A stretch of DNA of 64,000 nt. Source: Nitrosopumilus sp. (GTDB lineage Archaea > Thermoproteota > Nitrososphaeria > Nitrososphaerales > Nitrosopumilaceae). Of the stretch, positions 1 to 9,304 are shown piece by piece. The translations under genes were made by a program, and so were the position numbers. The stretch covers positions 256,001-320,000 of the forward strand of contig OZ244732.1 in the NCBI GenBank assembly GCA_965219345.1, written 5' to 3'. Below the pieces are notes generated by a model. It was not told the origin of the DNA. It was given only the letters and a program-made list of their open reading frames with translations, and did no database searches. The first letter of the stretch is position 1. Each line of letters starts with the position of its first letter.

Positions 1-330
1 AACTCTAAGATACTTTGCACGTTCAGGAACTTCAATGCCAAGAAGTTCTTCAACTCCCAAGACATACGGATACAGTATGTTACATGAGTCATGAATTACT
101 GGTCTTTCTAAGTGGGGAATGTTTGTGATATAGTTTCTGTATTCTGCCATTTTTTCCTCTCCGCGGTGAACATATCCGGGATCAGGATCACATGCAACAA
201 TATAGTCACCATCAATTTGTACAATTAGTCTCATATGCCCAGAACCCGGGTGTTGTGGTCCAACATTGAGAGTCATGATTCTCTCGTCGACTTTTTGGAG
301 TGCTAATCCTGGCGGTAATTCTGCAGTCAT
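1..330 (-). CDS. nuoD: NADH-quinone oxidoreductase subunit D (5' part; runs off the window)
   Basis: Manual translation from ATG at 330: MTAELPPGL...TLNVGPQHPGSGHMRL...PGYVHRGEEK; follows nuoC. Confidence 0.95.
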   Translation of the reverse strand, partial: MTAELPPGLALQKVDERIMTLNVGPQHPGSGHMRLIVQIDGDYIVACDPDPGYVHRGEEKMAEYRNYITNIPHLERPVIHDSCNILYPYVLGVEELLGIEVPERAKYLRV

Positions 331-332
331 CC

Positions 333-911
333 CTATCTTCCTTTTATTGCAAAGTCCTTTCTAAGTGGAGGCAAGTCTGCCCAATCTTCTGGCAAAAGCA
401 ATCTTCTATTATCAGGATGACCTTCAAAGTAAACGCCAAACATTTCAAAAACTTCCCTTTCATGAAATTCCACGCTATAGAATACATCTCTAAGAGTGGG
501 AAGTTTGGTTGCATCATTTCCAGGAATTGGATTTTCTTCCCGTTGGGCTCTGGTAGATAAAGCAAGAATTTGTCTTGCTAATGAAGGGTCTGAGTAAGAA
601 CCTATATGATAAACAACTTCAATTTCTTTGTCTTGTGGATAATCTACGCCTGAAACAGACTCTACATGATCATAGTTTAATGCATCACGAATGAATTCTG
701 CAACATCATGCACATTTTCACGACTAACATTAATTCCAATTCTGTCTTTTTTTACAAATGCAATTTCAGCTTTATCACCAAATTTTTCAATGATTTTATC
801 GGAAATGCCCTTCTCAAACTCCGGTAATTCAGCTGATTTTTCTTCTGGTTTTTTTACTACGGGTTTAGCTTCAGGTGTTTCCTCTGTAGGCTTTTCAGAA
901 TCCGAACTCAT
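333..911 (-). CDS. nuoC: NADH-quinone oxidoreductase subunit C
   Basis: EREVFEMFGVYFEGHPDNRRLLLPEDW...PPLRKDF signature. Confidence 0.96.
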   Translation of the reverse strand: MSSDSEKPTEETPEAKPVVKKPEEKSAELPEFEKGISDKIIEKFGDKAEIAFVKKDRIGINVSRENVHDVAEFIRDALNYDHVESVSGVDYPQDKEIEVVYHIGSYSDPSLARQILALSTRAQREENPIPGNDATKLPTLRDVFYSVEFHEREVFEMFGVYFEGHPDNRRLLLPEDWADLPPLRKDFAIKGR

Positions 912-1145
912 TATACAAAGTCCTAGTCGTCATACATTTTAGCGTTTATTTGGGATTTTACATATACAAAAGATCGATATTTGGTAAAATCTGTCATTTT
1001 ATCATATATTATAACATAATAGTACCAGATTTCACTATTAAAATTTACTCTAATTAGGAATTATCTAATCTGGAGGGTCAGATTCATTCTAGGTGAGAAT
1101 GGATTCTCAAATGTTACATCTGATCCAAAGATAATTTCAGAATCA

Positions 1146-2036
1146 TTGAATTTAGTAATGAGTGGAATGTCTTACAGAAATATTGCACGACACGTTGAGA
1201 CAGTTCACCAAATCAGGATTATCCATGTATCTGTGAATAACTGGATAAAGAAATACACCGAATTAATCAAAAACTATGTAGGTTCTTTGAATCCTGAATT
1301 AAGTGATGTTTGGTCTTTAGATGAGATGTATCTTAATGTCAAGAACATCAAAAAGACAGGCAAGGGATTTCACGATTGGCTTTGGAGTATCATTGACCCT
1401 AAAACCAGATTCTTGATTGCCACAGAAGTCTCAAAGAAGAGGGAAATTTCAGATGCAAGAAAGATTATTGCTAGTGGCAAGAAGATAGTAACACAGAATC
1501 CAAACTATGTATTGACTGACTGTCTTAATTCCTATCAAGAAGCAATCAGAAAAGAGTTTGAAAACAAGACTGCACACATCAAGACAAAATCACTAAAGGA
1601 TGGATTCGTGAACAGACCTATTGAAAGATACCATAATGAGATAAGAGAAAGACTCAAAGCTAGACGTGGATTGGGAAATGATGAATCAGCACAGACATTC
1701 TCAGAGTTATTAAAAATCAATCACAACTTTGTCAAACCTCATGAAGGATTAGATGGTAAAACACCAGCTCAATCAGCAGGAATTAATCTTGATCTTGGTG
1801 AAAACAAGTATCTTGATTTGATAAAATTGTCTGGATCTAAAGTGAACTTTGTAAACAATCTAGGGAAGCGAATCAAGAAGGTTATAATAATCAATGAAGG
1901 TGATTCAATCAGAATTTCACCTAGAGATTGGATTGACAAGCAGATTTGGAGAGAGATTAACGACATTTTGAAACTGCATCAATTCAGCTGGCTCTCAAAT
2001 GGAAAAGATAGTTGTTGGCTTAAGATGAACTCTTAA
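1146..2036 (+). mobile_element. IS6-like DDE transposase, probably 5'-truncated
   Basis: HTH (SYRNIARH); DDE motifs WSLDEMY, VLTDCLNSY and NRPIERYH. Open upstream sequence (RFILGENGF) has no Zn ribbon or clear start. Confidence 0.8.
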
Positions 2037-2235
2037 TTCTGTTGTTAAAATACAGCGCCCAGCTAATAATCTGTGCAATTGTGCCAATTACAATTAATCC
2101 GAGACCAAACCGTACTCCAACATCACTAGAAACAGATGCTAAAACATCCAGGTATGATGATCCAAGATAGAGAATAACCCCAAGAAAAATAACTGCCAAA
2201 GTCTTACTCTCTGGAATTTCAGGAATCTTCACCAT
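2020..2235 (-). CDS. Small 2-TM membrane protein
   Basis: 71-aa ORF with two hydrophobic segments and an ATG start. Confidence 0.55.
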   Translation of the reverse strand: MVKIPEIPESKTLAVIFLGVILYLGSSYLDVLASVSSDVGVRFGLGLIVIGTIAQIISWALYFNNRIKSSS

Positions 2236-2268
2236 GGTTTATTTGCTATCATACCATGCTTAATATCC

Positions 2269-2378
2269 ATGTCCCTAAATGAACACTTTACCTAAATGTC
2301 CCGAGTTTGGAACAGTGTACAAAACAAGACACCGTTCAATATACGGAACATTTGAGAACAGTGTTCAATTAGGGACAT
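2269..2378. repeat. 110-bp element with 19-bp terminal inverted repeats and internal sub-repeats (MITE-like or recombination site)
   Basis: ATGTCCCTAAATGAACACT (2269-2287) vs AGTGTTCAATTAGGGACAT (2360-2378), 18/19 inverted match. Confidence 0.7.
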
Positions 2379-2530
2379 AAAATGTTAAATTTATTACTTT
2401 GGTCAAAACTAGGCGGATTTTCAACTGATGGTAAGTTCGGATGATTGGTGTTAAGTTAGGGTGGTCACTAGACGTGTGTGGCTAGTGTGAATTCTACAGA
2501 GTGGTAGTTATCGAGTGTTAAATTGTTAAG

Positions 2531-2824
2531 TTAGTGTACTGTAGGTTTGCACTTGCTACATGGCTTAGCATTTGGATACTTGATCATTATTTCTTTGATG
2601 GTATCATAATGCCAATATTGTTGTTTGTTTTTGTTACCAAGATTCATTTCACCAACAGTGCCATATCTTTCTTGATGTAGACGTTGTAAATTCTTACATG
2701 AAGTAAAATGAATTTTGGTTTTCTTTTCTATAGATTTTTTGGGCATGTGTATGACAATAAACCCTTTCATCTTCTTGTATGCGGTTTTAAGATCGCCACC
2801 TGTTAATAATTCCTCTTTTGGCAT
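2531..2824 (-). CDS. Small hypothetical protein with an Ada-like Zn-binding pattern
   Basis: HxxxC (HFTSC) plus C-terminal CxxCxP (CSKCKP). Confidence 0.55.
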   Translation of the reverse strand: MPKEELLTGGDLKTAYKKMKGFIVIHMPKKSIEKKTKIHFTSCKNLQRLHQERYGTVGEMNLGNKNKQQYWHYDTIKEIMIKYPNAKPCSKCKPTVH

Positions 2825-3114
2825 GTTATGGGTTAAACCAAGCTATAAAAAAATCAGGCGATCAGCTTAAACCAGCAACTATCTTTCCCATTGGATAACC
2901 AGCCAAACTATAAGGTCTTTGAATATCGGTTCTGTAAAGTCTAGGGTTGCTTTTTTTCTGTAAAGATCGGTTGTTATTCAACTTATAATATGAAGTTTAA
3001 ATTAACATATGAATTCAATCAAAACACTCAAAGATATTTTATATTATGCTATGATCTTGACGAACACATTTTATCATAATCAGCACGTTCAAAAACAAGA
3101 TCATGTGAAAGAAC

Positions 3115-4180
3115 TCATTTATATGCAGTTCCATTGAGAAGGTATGGTTTATCATGGCCTTCTTTGACTTGAACAACAACTATTATTCCATCATCAGTTG
3201 AAACATGCTAAAAATTAAAATCAATAAGAGGTTTACAATGATGTTCAATTAGGTGTTGGATTCTTGTATCTAATGATTTTAGTTCCTCATTTTTTATTCC
3301 AATTGTGGTTTGATTATCATAAACACCTAATAAGATTGAACGCCCTTTGTGTTTGCAAAAGATACAATACTTTCTAAAAAATCATTAGGCTTTTTGCCAA
3401 TTTCTACTTTAAATTCAACTTGTTCATTTTCTCCCTTTGCAATCATTTCAACAACATTTTCTTTGGATGTTCTTATTTGTACGCCATCATATCTATCACT
3501 ATGCCATCTGCCAAAAGATTTTAGATCAAGTATGTCGTTAGACGATTTTTCAATAAGATAACAATCAATTGTATCTGGAACAACAGAAACTTCTATCTCA
3601 CACATATTTTCTCTATTTAACTCTAAATTCTTGGAATTAAAGAATTGTTTTTTATTATTTGTGAAAAAAGTTTTCACGACTAACTCATCCGAAGAAATTT
3701 CTCGAGTTTCTATCTACATGATAATCTTATTTTTAGAAGTTATCATAGTTTTGATTTTTACCCTATAATCTGGTAGAAAAATTGCTAATTGTAATGGTGT
3801 ATTTTGAGGTGTAATGATTTCTGTTTCCATGAATGCAGAGATTGCATTATTTACACTAGGAAAAGCTAGCAGATTGCTATTTTTGACACATTCTACATCA
3901 TTTTCTTCAATGTTTGGGAAAAATAAATGTCCAATGCTGCTATTTGCACAATTGTTAAGCAACATAATGAGAATATCTGTATCAGATGAGAAAACCCTAA
4001 GTGTAGATTTTTCGGGAGCATATTTGAATCTCAACTTTAAGGATAAAGTTGCCAGTCAATGGCATGATAAAATAACAGAAATTTTAAAATAAGATTTTCA
4101 GACACGTCTTAAATTAAATTTAGGTTTCAGATTGAAACCACTTCGAAAATTAAGATTCTTTTCTGAAACAAGTCTTTCAT
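3115..4180 (-). pseudogene. Degraded gene with a C-terminal Schlafen/AlbA_2 domain
   Basis: Fragments 3714-4034 and 3327-3677 (GENEQVEFK...SIVSFANTKG). After a frameshift it continues as LLGVYDN...HCKP...*...VVVQVKEGHDKPY. Outer limits are approximate. Confidence 0.75.
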
Positions 4181-4231
4181 AAATTATGTTCTTTAGAAAT
4201 TATAAAACAATAGTATGTTGTAATAATTACA

Positions 4232-4945
4232 ATGATAAACAAAACAATTATCATTCCCGATATCCACAATGATTATCTCACAGCAGAAAAAATAATCAAA
4301 AAGGAAAATCCATACAAAATAATATTTCTAGGAGATTATTTTGATGACTTTGATGATACAGTACAAGATGCAATAAACACTGCAAAATGGCTTAAAGAAT
4401 CACTAAAACAAGAAAATAGAGTGCATCTGATTGGAAATCATGACCTGAGTTACATGACGGATAACCCTAATCTCAAATGTATGGGATATAGAACTGACAA
4501 ACACAAAGCAATCAAAAAGCATTCTATTGACTGGACCAAACTCAAAATGCATTATTTCATTGATGAGAAATGGTTGTGTACACATGCAGGATTTTCAAAT
4601 GATTTTCTCAAGCAACAACATACAAAAAAATCAGATTCAGTACAAAAAGTGTTAGATTACTCAAAAAAAGATTTAGAGAAAATTGATGATGAAAATTATA
4701 CTCATTCATTCTTTCAAGTAGGATTTATTCGTGGAGGCTCAAATGTAGTGGGCGGTCCTTTATGGTGCGATTATGGTGAATTTGTGGATGTTCCAAGAAT
4801 AAATCAAATTTTTGGACATACTCCAAATCATGTTGTTCGTCATCGTAAAACTAAGAATTCTGAGCATTATTGCATAGATACAAAATTGAGACATTATGTA
4901 GTATATCAAAACGGGATGATGCTCATGAAAGAACAATCAGGATGA
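4232..4945 (+). CDS. Calcineurin-like metallophosphoesterase
   Basis: Motifs DIH, GDYFD, GNHD, THAG and GHTP. Confidence 0.9.
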   Translation: MINKTIIIPDIHNDYLTAEKIIKKENPYKIIFLGDYFDDFDDTVQDAINTAKWLKESLKQENRVHLIGNHDLSYMTDNPNLKCMGYRTDKHKAIKKHSIDWTKLKMHYFIDEKWLCTHAGFSNDFLKQQHTKKSDSVQKVLDYSKKDLEKIDDENYTHSFFQVGFIRGGSNVVGGPLWCDYGEFVDVPRINQIFGHTPNHVVRHRKTKNSEHYCIDTKLRHYVVYQNGMMLMKEQSG

Positions 4946-5287
4946 GTTAATGAGAAAACTGTAATTGTCACCATGTTGTCAATAACAAAGAAATACAAAT
5001 CTGCCAAGATTTGATCACAGAAGAGTGTTGAAGCAATCACATGAATCTCTATGAGAGTTTCAAATTAATAATGTGGGACTCTGAGGGCATACAATTATTT
5101 GCTGTAAAATAATTTCAAACAAATCTCTCAAGAGAGATCATAGGAGTGTTCAAATCTCAAATGTACCAAAACAAATCTGTGAGAAAGATTTAGTCGTTAT
5201 AGCACTGCAATCGGGATCAAATTTTAAAAAAACAATGGAAATAATGTCATCACATTTACTTATAAAATTGAGAATCAAATCTAGAGT

Positions 5288-6784
5288 ATGAGTAATAGTA
5301 AGAAAGGAGGGGTTGTAATTAACAACGAACTAACTGATCCTTTAGGGGATTTTGTGATAGACTATCTCCTGGCACAAACAAAGGAGACAACTTATCATGA
5401 TTTTAAAGCGACACTTGACACGAGTAAAAATTCCAATGACATTTCCAAAATCATGAAAGACGTGTATGGGTTTTCAAACGCTGGTGGGGGTTTTCTTGTT
5501 TTAGGAGTACATGAAAACGATCATCTTACTGAAGACATCAAAGGCACATTTGCAAAACTTGGCCTTCCAGACGATTTTAAAATAGATCAAGCAACACTGC
5601 AAGAAAAAATCAATTCACATCTTGGAGACACTCCACTAAGTATAGGTTTTACAGAGTTTACAAGAAAGTTTTATGGCAAGGAGAGAAGATTTGCATTGGT
5701 GTATATTCCACCGTCTCCAAAAATACTAATTACTTCAAAAGATAGAATATACAAAGAGGGAGAGAAGGAGAAAACGGCCTATCACAAAGATACGATTTAC
5801 ACTAGAAGAGGCACTCAAAGCATTCCTGCACGGGAATATGAAATTGAGCAAATCAAAGAACGGATAAAAAATGAAAAATACAGACTGTCCATAATTAGCG
5901 GAGAGCCTGACGATGTAAAAGAAACTCTTTACAGCAATATATTCAAAGTCAAAAGTTTACCATCTACAGTTTATGTCGGAATTGCAAAATATTCTTCATT
6001 TAGTGAAACAATTAATGCATTAAGGGAAAAACATCCTGATGATAGACACTTTGATTTGCGATATATGTCATATGAAGATAAGATAGTATCTTTCCAAAAT
6101 CTGGAAAATCAAAGTAATATCAATCATGAATTAGTTGAAGAAGGTAGTGTTCATAAGGAATCTCTTGACAAATGGCTAGATGATGAAAACAGAGGGAAAA
6201 TTATCATTGCTCTTCTAAACAAGGAAGTAAATGCACATGCATTACGACAGAGAATGCATCAAGATGATAAAAGAAGGTTGTTTTATCCGGCATCAGCAGA
6301 CTATCGTTCTGAATCATGGCCAACTAGATACAAAGGGATTCAGAAAAAACAAGTGGCTAAATTAATATGGGCAGAACAACTAAAACACAAAGTCTATGCA
6401 CATGCAGCAATAAGACTCACAATTACAAAACTTCATGAACAATTTTACTTGAGAATAAACCTAACAATGGTAATTACAGATGATGGAAGACATGTTTCAA
6501 AAGATTCTAGATCAGGAACAATAATTACAAGAAGTTCTTATAACAAGTACAACAACAGTTATCTTAACAACATTCTATTTTGGATAAGCAAACTTGGCGA
6601 TGGTAAAGATCTTTTCATAGTACGAGATTTTGTTATCTCAAATGAACCAGTTCAAATCAACATAAACACAGGAATCAATTGGGACATTCCAACATCAGAT
6701 CTGAAAAGATTCATCGAAGAGTATGATGCAGAAGGAGAGGAAGAAGATGAAGAACCAGAAGAGGGGGACCAATATGACCTCTAA
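5288..6784 (+). CDS. Schlafen/AlbA_2 - APAZ fusion (short-Argonaute partner/effector)
   Basis: N-terminal AlbA_2 (ETTYHDFK...KDVYGFSNAGGGFLVLGVHE...YTRRGTQS). C-terminal APAZ-like region (ETLYSNIFKV...NNSYLNNILFW) and an acidic tail. Overlaps the pAgo start. Confidence 0.82.
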   Translation: MSNSKKGGVVINNELTDPLGDFVIDYLLAQTKETTYHDFKATLDTSKNSNDISKIMKDVYGFSNAGGGFLVLGVHENDHLTEDIKGTFAKLGLPDDFKIDQATLQEKINSHLGDTPLSIGFTEFTRKFYGKERRFALVYIPPSPKILITSKDRIYKEGEKEKTAYHKDTIYTRRGTQSIPAREYEIEQIKERIKNEKYRLSIISGEPDDVKETLYSNIFKVKSLPSTVYVGIAKYSSFSETINALREKHPDDRHFDLRYMSYEDKIVSFQNLENQSNINHELVEEGSVHKESLDKWLDDENRGKIIIALLNKEVNAHALRQRMHQDDKRRLFYPASADYRSESWPTRYKGIQKKQVAKLIWAEQLKHKVYAHAAIRLTITKLHEQFYLRINLTMVITDDGRHVSKDSRSGTIITRSSYNKYNNSYLNNILFWISKLGDGKDLFIVRDFVISNEPVQININTGINWDIPTSDLKRFIEEYDAEGEEEDEEPEEGDQYDL

Positions 6785-8321
6785 TTTTGAGACAACGTAC
6801 ATAGCAGAGCCTGATTTGGTGTTTGGAAATAAAGGAGAAGACAAGGATCCTAGATTAGGTCTAAAATATCACGGCCCATACTTTTACTCTACTGAAGATT
6901 CGCCTTTGGAAAGTGTGCGCATAGGAATAATTGGCAATAGTGAATGTACAGAAATGGCAGAAAAAATCATCAAATTAATTCAAGATCCTGTAAAAAGTCC
7001 AAAACCAAACCATTGGTTGTTTCCAGATTATCCTGGAATGAATAAGGATAGTCCATTTAGATGTAATCTAATTGCAGATCCTAACTGGAATGCCTCTCTA
7101 TCCGATGACTATGATCTAAGCAAAATAGAAAAAACCATGACAAACATGAATGAAAGAATTGCATACGGTGTAAATCTGTATGCAGACAAAGTTGAACAAA
7201 TCAAAAGTGGAGACAACATACCAAATGTAATTATTTGTACACTTCCAAAAATCGTGGAAAAATATTGTGGAATATCCGAATTTACTCGAGGTGCAAAGAA
7301 AATTATGTTGACAAAATTAGAAAAAGACATCATGGTAATGAAAGAAAAAGGACAGTCCTTTCTTACTGAATGGGGAGTGGAAGTAGCAGAAGATAAAAAA
7401 ATTAAGGAGAAAAGTTATGACTTTAGAAACTCACTAAAAGGTAAAGTGATGAAGCATGGAATCCCAATACAAATTATTAAAGAAAGTACAATGCATCAGA
7501 TTTTAAATTATGCATCATTGAGAAAAATTCAAAAAGAAAATCCAGCTGCATTTAGTTGGAATTTTAGTACTGCACTATACTACAAGGCAAATGGAAAGCC
7601 TTGGAGATTAGCAAAACTACGACAAGACACTTGTTATGTTGGAATATCATTTTTTGTAGATAAACTTCATCCCAAAAAAGAAATTCAAATTTCTATGGCA
7701 CAAGTGTTCACACATAATGGTGAAGGCCTTGTACTTCGAGGCTCGGAAGTGGAAATAAATGAACATATAAGGCAACCATGTTTGAAAAAGGAGCAAGCAA
7801 ATTCTTTGATGAAGCGTGCATTAGCAAAATACATTAAAAAAACAAAGAGCAATCCATCCAAAGTTGTAATTCACAAGTCATCTACATTTTCTCAAGATGA
7901 ACAAGATGGATTCAACGATGCAATCTATGAGTTAGGTAATGTGCAAAAGGATTTTGTTGCAGTTAGATCTACGTATTCTTGGGTTAACTTTTTGCGTCTA
8001 GGAAGTTTCCCGGTTCTCAGAGGAACCATGATTGACATTGACAAGAATGAATTCTTACTGTATACATCTGGATATTCACCTAGAATTCGTTCCTACGCAG
8101 GACATCGAGTTCCAAATCCACTTAGAATAATCCACATAGGGGATTCTAGTAAAGTAGAAGTTGCAACAGAGATTCTAGGTTTGACCAAACTTAACTGGAA
8201 CACCACTTCATTTTCCACACACTCGCCCATTACCATTAGATTTGCAGAAGGAGTTGGAAGAATCTTATCCGAGTTAAAAGATGATAAAGATTTACAGGAT
8301 CATTATAGGTTTTTCATGTGA
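6774..8321 (+). CDS. Short prokaryotic Argonaute (MID-PIWI, predicted non-slicing)
   Basis: YIAEPDLVFG, GLKYHGP, FRNSLK..GIPIQII, NFSTALYYKANGKPW, CYVGISF, LGLTKLNWN, PITIRFA, YRFFM-end. ATG 6774 follows GAGGGGG. Confidence 0.95.
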   Translation: MTSNFETTYIAEPDLVFGNKGEDKDPRLGLKYHGPYFYSTEDSPLESVRIGIIGNSECTEMAEKIIKLIQDPVKSPKPNHWLFPDYPGMNKDSPFRCNLIADPNWNASLSDDYDLSKIEKTMTNMNERIAYGVNLYADKVEQIKSGDNIPNVIICTLPKIVEKYCGISEFTRGAKKIMLTKLEKDIMVMKEKGQSFLTEWGVEVAEDKKIKEKSYDFRNSLKGKVMKHGIPIQIIKESTMHQILNYASLRKIQKENPAAFSWNFSTALYYKANGKPWRLAKLRQDTCYVGISFFVDKLHPKKEIQISMAQVFTHNGEGLVLRGSEVEINEHIRQPCLKKEQANSLMKRALAKYIKKTKSNPSKVVIHKSSTFSQDEQDGFNDAIYELGNVQKDFVAVRSTYSWVNFLRLGSFPVLRGTMIDIDKNEFLLYTSGYSPRIRSYAGHRVPNPLRIIHIGDSSKVEVATEILGLTKLNWNTTSFSTHSPITIRFAEGVGRILSELKDDKDLQDHYRFFM

Positions 8322-8332
8322 GGTGTTATGAA

Positions 8333-9271
8333 TTGACAATACGTTCACATTTTGTTCCACAGTTTTACCTGAAAAATTTTGGTGATAAAATCTACTTCTA
8401 TGACAAAACAACAGGGGACATAAAAGAAAGTAATGCATCAAACATTGCACTAAAGAAAGACTTCTATGGTCCTACTGATGAAAATAAATCCAATCCTGTT
8501 GAAACATCCATGAGTCAACTTGAAGGAAATGCAAATGCTGTAATCAGCAAAATTATTGATACTCTTGACTATGTCAAACTTTCTAAGAAAGAAAAGATTG
8601 ATTTTTGTTCTTTTGTTGCATTACAGTATCTTAGAACACAAGAAACAAGAATGCGCATTATACAGTCTGCTAACAAACTTTTTGATGAGATTGCAAAACG
8701 TAAAGAAGTAACTGACGCTGAAATAAGACATACAAAAGAAGGTGAGACAGGAGCACATCGTAACATAATGAAAGAATTCGACCCAATTTCAGCAGCACTT
8801 GGCCAGATGGGAGTTCTGGTTTGTTCAAACAGTACAAAAATTCCACTATGGACTTCGGACAATCCAGTCAATCTACATAATGAGTTTGATCAATTCCCCT
8901 TTGGGAATCTGGGCATTGTGTCAAAGGGAATAGAAATACACATTCCACTTTCTCCTACAGTAAAAATTGCATTCTTTGATCCAATTACATTCAAGAAAGA
9001 AATGCTGCCTGAATTATTTACAATGGAAGAAGCACAAGTTATTCATTCTAATCATCTTCAGACTTCGTGGTCTACTAGATTCATGTTTTCAAATACTGAC
9101 AAATTTTTTATGGCTGATAAGTATCTAAAAGCAAACCCTGAATCAAAGAATGTGGACCGAGAAAGACTAAGAACAGGAATTCGTGAATTAAAACCTGCAG
9201 ATTTTGAAGGTAAAGAATTCCACAAAAGACCGGAGTTTTGGATGGATCCTGAAATATTTGACAAGTTATGA
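8333..9271 (+). CDS. DUF4238 domain protein
   Basis: HFVPQFYLKNF, KDFY, FVALQYLRT and TSDNPV motifs. TTG 8333 follows GAGGTG; the alternative GTG 8318 overlaps the pAgo stop. Confidence 0.88.
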   Translation: MTIRSHFVPQFYLKNFGDKIYFYDKTTGDIKESNASNIALKKDFYGPTDENKSNPVETSMSQLEGNANAVISKIIDTLDYVKLSKKEKIDFCSFVALQYLRTQETRMRIIQSANKLFDEIAKRKEVTDAEIRHTKEGETGAHRNIMKEFDPISAALGQMGVLVCSNSTKIPLWTSDNPVNLHNEFDQFPFGNLGIVSKGIEIHIPLSPTVKIAFFDPITFKKEMLPELFTMEEAQVIHSNHLQTSWSTRFMFSNTDKFFMADKYLKANPESKNVDRERLRTGIRELKPADFEGKEFHKRPEFWMDPEIFDKL

Positions 9272-9304
9272 GACAAAGAAGATTAGAATTTTTACATATT
9301 ATAG

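Noticed and set aside
6723-6773. N-terminal extension of the pAgo ORF in the ORF track
   Set aside because: It overlaps the upstream gene's acidic tail. ATG 6774 has an SD, and pAgo-like sequence starts there.
6774-8321. pAgo as an active slicer or long pAgo
   Set aside because: There is no N/PAZ region, and the first catalytic Asp position is Ser (GISF).
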